DNA of 20,098 nucleotides from Anaerolineae bacterium (GTDB lineage Bacteria; Chloroflexota; Anaerolineae; JAKLPW01): NCBI GenBank assembly GCA_022013675.1, contig JAKLPW010000312.1, positions 1 to 20,098 of the forward strand, read 5' to 3'. Shown piece by piece: positions 15,113 to 20,098 of this stretch (position 1 is its first letter; each line of letters starts with the position of its first letter). The notes under the pieces were generated by a model. It saw only the letters and a program-made list of their open reading frames with translations, ran no database searches and was not told where the DNA came from. The position numbers and the translations under genes were made by a program.

Positions 15113-18100
15113 GTGCTCCATGACACTCGCCGGACCAGCGGCAGAATCCAGCGAGGCATAAGCCTGATCGAGCCGCTCGTTTACCGGCGACGTCAGTCAT
15201 TGCCTTGTTTTCGCTATCTCAAGCTGGAAAGTCCCCTGGCCGACTCACCGGTTCATCCAGGGGTAGATGATAGGGATTGGGGGTCGATTCCCTGGGGCAC
15301 CTACTGGTCTGAGTTCAATGCGGACTTCGTCCTGCGCACGAGCTTCCAGGTTCCTTCCGACTGGGGCACCGACTCCCCCGTCGCCTTGCACCTTCCCATT
15401 GGCGAGGCGGGCGATTTCAGCCACCCTGAAGCCCTGGCATATATTGACGGCCGGCCCCATGCTGCCTGCGATCGGCATCATCAGGAGATGGCGCTGTCGC
15501 CGCGCTTCTGCGACGGGGAGCCCCACCTGTTGGCGCTTCATGGTTGGGCCGGCAGTCTGCGCGACGACGTGCAAGCCAAATTGCTGATGCGTACGTGTGC
15601 TGTGGTGCAAATTCATCAGCCCACGCGCGACTTTGTTGCGCTGGCCCGCGTTGCCCTGGGCGTTGCCGATCATCTGAGCGAGAACGATCCTGCGCGCGGC
15701 CACCTGTACACCGCCCTGGTTGAGGCCTTTAACGTCCTGGATACTCGTGAGGCGGCGCGCAGGGATGCGCGCGATCCGAACTGCCAGATGCATCACGGGG
15801 GGGCGTGCAGGGATGCGCGCGATCCGGACCGCCAGATGCACCACGGGGGGGCGCGCAGGGATGCGCGCGATCCGGACCGCCAGCCAGACCGCGAGGGGGC
15901 TCGCAGGGATGCACGCGATCCGGACAGACAGCTGCACCACGGGGGGGCGCGCAGGGATGCGCGCGATCCAGACCGCCAGATGCATCACGAGAGGGCGCGC
16001 AGGGATGCGCGCGATCCGGACTGCCAGCCGGACCGCGTGCATCCTTGCACGCCTCCTCCCACGCCCTTCGGCGACCGCTTCTACGCCAGCGTGCCGCTTG
16101 CCCACACCATCCTGCGCCAGGGCATCAGCCGGGCAGGCCCTCCACTGGATGTGAGCATCTCCGCCGCAGGTCACGCCCACATCGACGTGGCGTGGCTCTG
16201 GACGCTGGGCCAGACCAGACGCAAAGCCGGGCGAACCTTCCACAACGTCGTGCGATTGATGGAGCAATTCCCCCAGTTCCGCTTCAGCCAGAGCCAGCCC
16301 CAGTTGTACGACTTCGTACGAGAAGATTATCCCGAGCTTTTCGCGCTCATCAAGCAGCGTGTGCGCGACGGTCGTTGGGAGCCCCTGGGCGGCATGTGGG
16401 TGGAGGCCGACTGCAACATCTCGGGGGGCGAATCCCTGGCGCGCCAATTCCTCCTGGGGCGGGCTTTCTTTCGCCGTCACTTTGGGATCGACGCTGAAGC
16501 TCCTGTCCTCTGGCTGCCCGACGTGTTCGGATACTCCTGGAACCTTCCTCAACTGATCAAGGAAGCGGGCTTGCGCTATTTCTTCACCATCAAGATAGGC
16601 TGGAATCAGTACAACCGCCTGCCTTACGATTCCTTCTGGTGGCAGGGTCTCGACGGAACGCGCGTGCTCACTCATTTCAGCACCACCCGACGGAGCGGCA
16701 GCGTTCACGCTAGCACCTACAATGCGGATGCCTCCCCTGAACAGACTATCGAGACCTGGCGCAACTTCCAACAGAAGGATTGGGGTAGACCCGGCACAGC
16801 TCCCCCCCTGCTCATGGCCTTCGGCTACGGCGACGGTGGCGGTGGCCCCACGCGAGAGATGCTGGAGAACATCCGAGAGATGGGGGAGTTCCCCTCCACC
16901 CCACGCATCGCCTGTAGCACAGTGGGAGAGTTCTTCCAAAAGCTGGAAACCGACGTTGGAGACCGCCTGCCCACGTGGAACGGCGAGCTGTACCTGGAGA
17001 ATCACCGTGGCACATACACCACCCAAAGCCGCAACAAGCGTGCCAATCGCCAGAGCGAGTTCCTGCTCCATGACGCCGAGTTCCTGGCCGCAATGGCCTC
17101 CACGGTCCAGCCTGACTATCGCTACCCCCACCCCGATTTGCACAGGGCCTGGGAGCTAACCTGCCTCAATCAGTTCCACGACATCATCCCTGGCAGCAGC
17201 ATACACGAGGTCTACGTCGAGTCGCAGCAGCAATACGCTGAGATTAGCAATATTGCCGGCAGAGTCCGGGAGGATGCCCTGACGGCGATTGCCCAGAAAC
17301 TGGGGTCGGACATCTTGTTGGTGAACCCGACCTCATTCAGTCGCCGCGACCCGGTCCTTTGTGGCCACGACCTGGTTCAGAGTTGTCGCGACCTGGCTCT
17401 GGGGACCGGTTCGGACCTCGAGAACCTGACCCTGCAGCACAGCGATGGCGCGCGCGTCCCTGTTCAGCCCGTGGACGGTGGGTTCCTGCTGGATGCTGGC
17501 GAGCTGCCGCCCTACACCGTAGTGCCCCTCTTCCTGGTAACCGGCTCCCCCTCGGGGATCCAGCAAGAGCATCCCAACGCGGGCCCGACCGCCACCCCGA
17601 CTCTACTGGAAAACGGACATCTGCGCGTGGAGCTGGACCCTGCCGGTGAGATTGTTCGTATTTATGACAAGCTGAGTCATCGTGACGTGCTGCCAGCGGG
17701 CGGTATTGCCAATCAGTTTCTGGCCTTCGAAGACCGTCCACTCAATCCCGATGCCTGGGATGTGGACATCTTCTACGATGACAAGATGTGGTTGGCCGAG
17801 CCCGCGGACTCGGTGCGTGTGGTAGAGAGCGGTCCGTTGCGTGCCACGCTGGAAGTGCGACGGCGCATCCTGAACAGTGAATTCGTTCAGCGCATCTCGT
17901 TGACCCACAACAGCGCCCGATTGGATTTCGACACCACTATTCAGTGGCGCGAACGGCACATTCTGCTCAAGGCAGCCTTCCCGGCCGACGTCTTGTCCCC
18001 GACAGCGACCTACGAGATCCAGTGGGGCAACGTCCAGCGCCCGACCCATCGTAACACCAGTTGGGACTGGGCCCGCTTCGAGACCTGTGCCCAGAAATGG

Positions 18101-18832
18101 GTCGATTTGAGCGAAGGCGACTACGGCCTAAGCCTGTTGAACGATTGCAAGTACGGCCACGACATACGTGACAACGTCATTCGCCTGAGCCTGCTGCGCG
18201 GCCCGACCAGCCCGGACCCGGAGGCCGACCAGGGCGAGCACCAATTCCGCTACAGCCTGCTCCCTCACGCAGGGAGATGGGACGAGAGGACTGTGGCGGC
18301 GGCTTATGCCCTGAATGATCCGCTGATCCTGTGGACTAGTGGAGGATGGAGGACGGAGGATGGAGGACGGAGGACGGAGGATGGAGGACGAAGGATGGAG
18401 GGCGGAGGACGGAGGATGGAGGGCGGAGGACGGAGGATGGAGGATGGAGAACGGAGGATGGAGGGCGGAGGACGGAGGATGGAGGGCGGAGGACGGAGGA
18501 TGGAGGATGGAGAACGGAGGATGGAGGACGAGATTCCTGTATTTCGTCTCTCGTCTTTCGTCAAGGCGGATCTTCCAAGCGTGGTGATCGAAACCATCAA
18601 GCAAGCCGAGGATGGCCAGGGAATCATCGTGCGCCTCTACGAGAGCCAGCGCCGTCGGGGCGACCTGACCCTCTCGTACGGCTTCCCGCTGGCGCGTGCC
18701 TGGCGCACCAATCTTCTCGAGGAGAACCAGGAGGAGATTGAGTGTGCCGGTGACTGTCTGACAGTGCCCATCAAACCCTATCAGATACTCACCCTGCGGC
18801 TTGTGCCGCGCGCCAGGGCGGCCAGGTTCTAG
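15113..18832 (+). CDS. Cytoplasmic GH38 alpha-mannosidase (1239 aa) carrying two in-frame low-complexity tandem-repeat insertions.
   Basis: GTG start with GGAGGGG 4-6 nt upstream. No signal peptide. GH38 catalytic-domain hallmarks are present (AAGHAHIDVAWLWTLGQTRRK, WEPLGGMWVEADCN, LWLPDVFGYSWNLPQL), plus central and C-terminal beta-sandwich regions. Confidence 0.88.
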   Translation: MLHDTRRTSGRIQRGISLIEPLVYRRRQSLPCFRYLKLESPLADSPVHPGVDDRDWGSIPWGTYWSEFNADFVLRTSFQVPSDWGTDSPVALHLPIGEAGDFSHPEALAYIDGRPHAACDRHHQEMALSPRFCDGEPHLLALHGWAGSLRDDVQAKLLMRTCAVVQIHQPTRDFVALARVALGVADHLSENDPARGHLYTALVEAFNVLDTREAARRDARDPNCQMHHGGACRDARDPDRQMHHGGARRDARDPDRQPDREGARRDARDPDRQLHHGGARRDARDPDRQMHHERARRDARDPDCQPDRVHPCTPPPTPFGDRFYASVPLAHTILRQGISRAGPPLDVSISAAGHAHIDVAWLWTLGQTRRKAGRTFHNVVRLMEQFPQFRFSQSQPQLYDFVREDYPELFALIKQRVRDGRWEPLGGMWVEADCNISGGESLARQFLLGRAFFRRHFGIDAEAPVLWLPDVFGYSWNLPQLIKEAGLRYFFTIKIGWNQYNRLPYDSFWWQGLDGTRVLTHFSTTRRSGSVHASTYNADASPEQTIETWRNFQQKDWGRPGTAPPLLMAFGYGDGGGGPTREMLENIREMGEFPSTPRIACSTVGEFFQKLETDVGDRLPTWNGELYLENHRGTYTTQSRNKRANRQSEFLLHDAEFLAAMASTVQPDYRYPHPDLHRAWELTCLNQFHDIIPGSSIHEVYVESQQQYAEISNIAGRVREDALTAIAQKLGSDILLVNPTSFSRRDPVLCGHDLVQSCRDLALGTGSDLENLTLQHSDGARVPVQPVDGGFLLDAGELPPYTVVPLFLVTGSPSGIQQEHPNAGPTATPTLLENGHLRVELDPAGEIVRIYDKLSHRDVLPAGGIANQFLAFEDRPLNPDAWDVDIFYDDKMWLAEPADSVRVVESGPLRATLEVRRRILNSEFVQRISLTHNSARLDFDTTIQWRERHILLKAAFPADVLSPTATYEIQWGNVQRPTHRNTSWDWARFETCAQKWVDLSEGDYGLSLLNDCKYGHDIRDNVIRLSLLRGPTSPDPEADQGEHQFRYSLLPHAGRWDERTVAAAYALNDPLILWTSGGWRTEDGGRRTEDGGRRMEGGGRRMEGGGRRMEDGERRMEGGGRRMEGGGRRMEDGERRMEDEIPVFRLSSFVKADLPSVVIETIKQAEDGQGIIVRLYESQRRRGDLTLSYGFPLARAWRTNLLEENQEEIECAGDCLTVPIKPYQILTLRLVPRARAARF
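15755..16040 (+). repeat. 48-nt tandem repeat x~6 inside the GH38 CDS, encoding (RRDARDPDRQMHHGGA)n. Each unit contains a CGCGCA-GGGA-TGCGCG hairpin.
   Basis: Near-identical units with variants QPDREGA / QLHHGGA / QMHHERA. The period keeps the reading frame. Confidence 0.8.
18339..18533 (+). repeat. Purine-rich (GGAGGA/TGGAGG/CGGAGG) tandem-repeat tract inside the GH38 CDS, encoding (RRMEGGG/RRTEDGG)n. A 63-nt unit occurs x2 plus partial copies.
   Basis: About 195 nt that is >85% G+A on the coding strand. It contains dozens of GGAGG (Shine-Dalgarno-like) pentamers. Confidence 0.8.
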
Positions 18833-18998
18833 GCATGGAGTATGTTAATCCCGCACGGCAAATCCACAGCGTAAGGCGGCCTGGAAAAAGTTGATGGACT
18901 CTCAGTGCTATAGATAGGCTAAAATCACTAAAGTGAATACTACGAACCTGCCCTCCTTCTCACGGCTGGCACTGTTCTAGCCTACTGACAGTGATGAA

Positions 18999-19075
18999 AG
19001 CCCACCGTCATATGCGAGAGGAACTCCAATTCGTGTCATGCAGCCACCCGTATACATCGCATATGACGGTGGGCT
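18999..19075. repeat. Perfect 19-bp inverted repeat AGCCCACCGTCATATGCGA / TCGCATATGACGGTGGGCT around a 39-nt loop. It could be an RNA stem-loop (terminator, processing site or ncRNA) or a MITE-like remnant.
   Basis: Exact reverse complements at 18999-19017 and 19057-19075. It lies between GH38 (ends 18832) and the 2H-phosphoesterase gene (19154). The loop offers an alternative pairing (CAGCCACC/GGTGGGCTG). Confidence 0.7.
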
Positions 19076-19097
19076 GGGATGACTACCCTGTTGCTGG

Positions 19098-19112
19098 AGA
19101 CTTCCGAAGTCT
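19098..19112. promoter_or_regulatory. 15-bp palindrome AGACTTCCGAAGTCT (copy 1 of 3), 41 nt upstream of the 2H-phosphoesterase start.
   Basis: Near-perfect dyad AGACTTC-S-GAAGTCT. The same word occurs at 19773-19787 and 19821-19835. Confidence 0.5.
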
Positions 19113-19153
19113 GACAGGTCAGCATTTCGACATCCTCATAAGGAGGAAGCATT

Positions 19154-19768
19154 TTGACTACCAGAGTTAGCGATTCCCGCTTTGCCGTCTATCTCATCCC
19201 CCCCTACAGAATCGCCCAGCCTGTGACCGAGATCCACCAGATGCTGCGCAAGCAATTCGGGCTCAGCGCCGGCGGCCGGTTCCAGGTACACGCCACGATG
19301 AAGGGGTTTTTCAAGAAAATCGAAGGCCCCCTGGATCCGTTGGTTGAGCGACTGGATGCCGCTTTTGCCGCCCAGCACTCCGTCACGGCACATTTCGGCG
19401 GCGTCTTCACCACCGACATCGGCATGGGGCTAGACATCTCCCGCGTGGGGAATAGACCCAACCCAGAAATGATGGCCCTGCGGGAGAGGATAGTGGACGC
19501 CGTCTATCCCTTCATCGCTCCTGATTGCGACTTCGTCACAAAGGACCTGGGCGATCCTTTCGAGGCTCACATCACACTGGCCTTCCGTGACATCCCAGCA
19601 TCGCTGTATAGCGACGTGTTGGCCTACCTGCGCGAGGCCCCAGTGCCAACCGAGCCCTTCACCGCAGACACATTCCATTTCCTGGAGTTCTTCAGCCCGG
19701 ACTGGGGAGGAAGCTGGTGGCAGTCGCTCTCCTGGCGACTGCTCAAGACCTGGCGCTTGGAACCATAA
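19154..19768 (+). CDS. 2H phosphoesterase superfamily protein (LigT / 2',5'-RNA ligase / cyclic phosphodiesterase-like), 204 aa.
   Basis: TTG start with AGGAGGA 7 nt upstream. Two H-x-T-x motifs about 100 aa apart (VHATMKG and AHITLAF) are the signature of the 2H fold. Confidence 0.65.
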   Translation: MTTRVSDSRFAVYLIPPYRIAQPVTEIHQMLRKQFGLSAGGRFQVHATMKGFFKKIEGPLDPLVERLDAAFAAQHSVTAHFGGVFTTDIGMGLDISRVGNRPNPEMMALRERIVDAVYPFIAPDCDFVTKDLGDPFEAHITLAFRDIPASLYSDVLAYLREAPVPTEPFTADTFHFLEFFSPDWGGSWWQSLSWRLLKTWRLEP

Positions 19769-19772
19769 ACCT

Positions 19773-19835
19773 AGACTTCGGAAGTCTTCGCTCGATTCCG
19801 GCACGCTCGAGGTGCACGATAGACTTCCGAAGTCT
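19773..19835. promoter_or_regulatory. Two copies of the AGACTTC-S-GAAGTCT palindrome (19773-19787 and 19821-19835), 48 bp apart, immediately upstream of and overlapping the RBS region of the GH130 gene.
   Basis: Read directly from the sequence. Copy 3 ends 15 nt before the ATG at 19851, with AAGGAGA at 19839-19845. Confidence 0.5.
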
Positions 19836-19850
19836 TAGAAAGGAGACCCG

Positions 19851-20098
19851 ATGAAACTGAAACGATTGTCAGACAAACCCGTATTGCGGCCCAAAGTGGA
19901 ACACCCCTGGGAAGCCAGCGCCGTCTTCAACTGCGCAGCCATCTACGACAATGGCCTGGTCCACATGATATACAGAGCCACGGACATCGCTTCCAACGGC
20001 AAAGAGGGGAAGTACATCAGCAGATTGGGCTACGCCGTTAGCACCGATGGCCTGAACTTCAACCGCCTGGAGCAGCCGATCCTATCCAATGACGTCCA
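19851..20098 (+). CDS. GH130 family beta-mannoside phosphorylase (5' part; continues beyond the window).
   Basis: ATG with AAGGAGA 6 nt upstream. The N-terminus (NPVLRP..HPWEASAVFNCAAIYDNGLVHMIYRATD) matches the conserved GH130 (DUF377) N-terminal beta-propeller blade. Confidence 0.75.
   Translation, partial: MKLKRLSDKPVLRPKVEHPWEASAVFNCAAIYDNGLVHMIYRATDIASNGKEGKYISRLGYAVSTDGLNFNRLEQPILSNDV

Noticed and set aside
15245-17143. 632-aa minus-strand ORF antisense to the GH38 gene, plus many other long antisense ORFs (10690-11802, 14398-14910, 4508-4894, 6604-7134, 17337-18049, 18128-18627).
   Set aside because: They are typical GC-rich shadow ORFs: Arg/Pro/Ala-rich, with no RBS, and fully embedded in well-supported genes on the opposite strand.
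18999-19075. A mobile element (MITE / IS terminal inverted repeats).
   Set aside because: Only 39 bp separate the 19-bp arms. No transposase is nearby and no flanking target-site duplication is visible, so an RNA structure is more parsimonious. It is kept as a finding rather than a mobile_element call.

Overview
High-GC (~60%) bacterial chromosomal window with GGAGG-type ribosome-binding sites. The solute-binding lipoprotein with a VEK-repeat linker and the frequent TTG/GTG starts suggest a Chloroflexota-like or other GC-rich Gram-type organism, but this is a guess. No rRNA, tRNA, CRISPR array, transposase or integrase is visible.

The right half (7.7-20.1 kb) is a mannoside/N-glycan-core utilisation locus on the + strand. 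It holds two tandem LacI-family regulators, each behind a near-consensus sigma70 promoter, then a CUT1-type ABC importer (lipoprotein solute-binding protein, two permeases, MalK-like ATPase). A ~1240-aa cytoplasmic GH38 alpha-mannosidase follows, then a 2H-phosphoesterase (LigT-like) gene and the 5' end of a GH130 beta-mannoside phosphorylase gene.

The left half is an accessory-looking mosaic broken up by AT-richer (~50% GC) intergenic islands. It contains:
- a C-terminal fragment of a helical-repeat protein;
- a long 5'UTR/sRNA-like region with two similar promoters;
- an SPFH/band-7 membrane protein;
- a doubtful small minus-strand ORF;
- a minus-strand two-gene module: a 4-TM membrane protein translationally coupled to a 614-aa protein with a Vps62/DUF946-like domain, coiled coil and 4 C-terminal TM helices. 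This is the most likely uncharacterised system in the window;
- a secreted or anchored Pro/Thr-rich repeat protein.

Several unusual sequence structures stand out:
- two in-frame tandem-repeat expansions inside the GH38 gene (a 48-nt unit x~6 and a GGAGG-rich purine tract);
- a triple direct repeat between the second LacI gene and the solute-binding-protein gene;
- a 29-bp direct repeat carrying TTCGTG x3;
- a perfect 19-bp inverted repeat;
- a 15-bp palindrome AGACTTC-S-GAAGTCT present three times in front of the last two genes;
- a CACTAAAGTG-N3-ACTACGAA motif shared by two distant intergenic regions.
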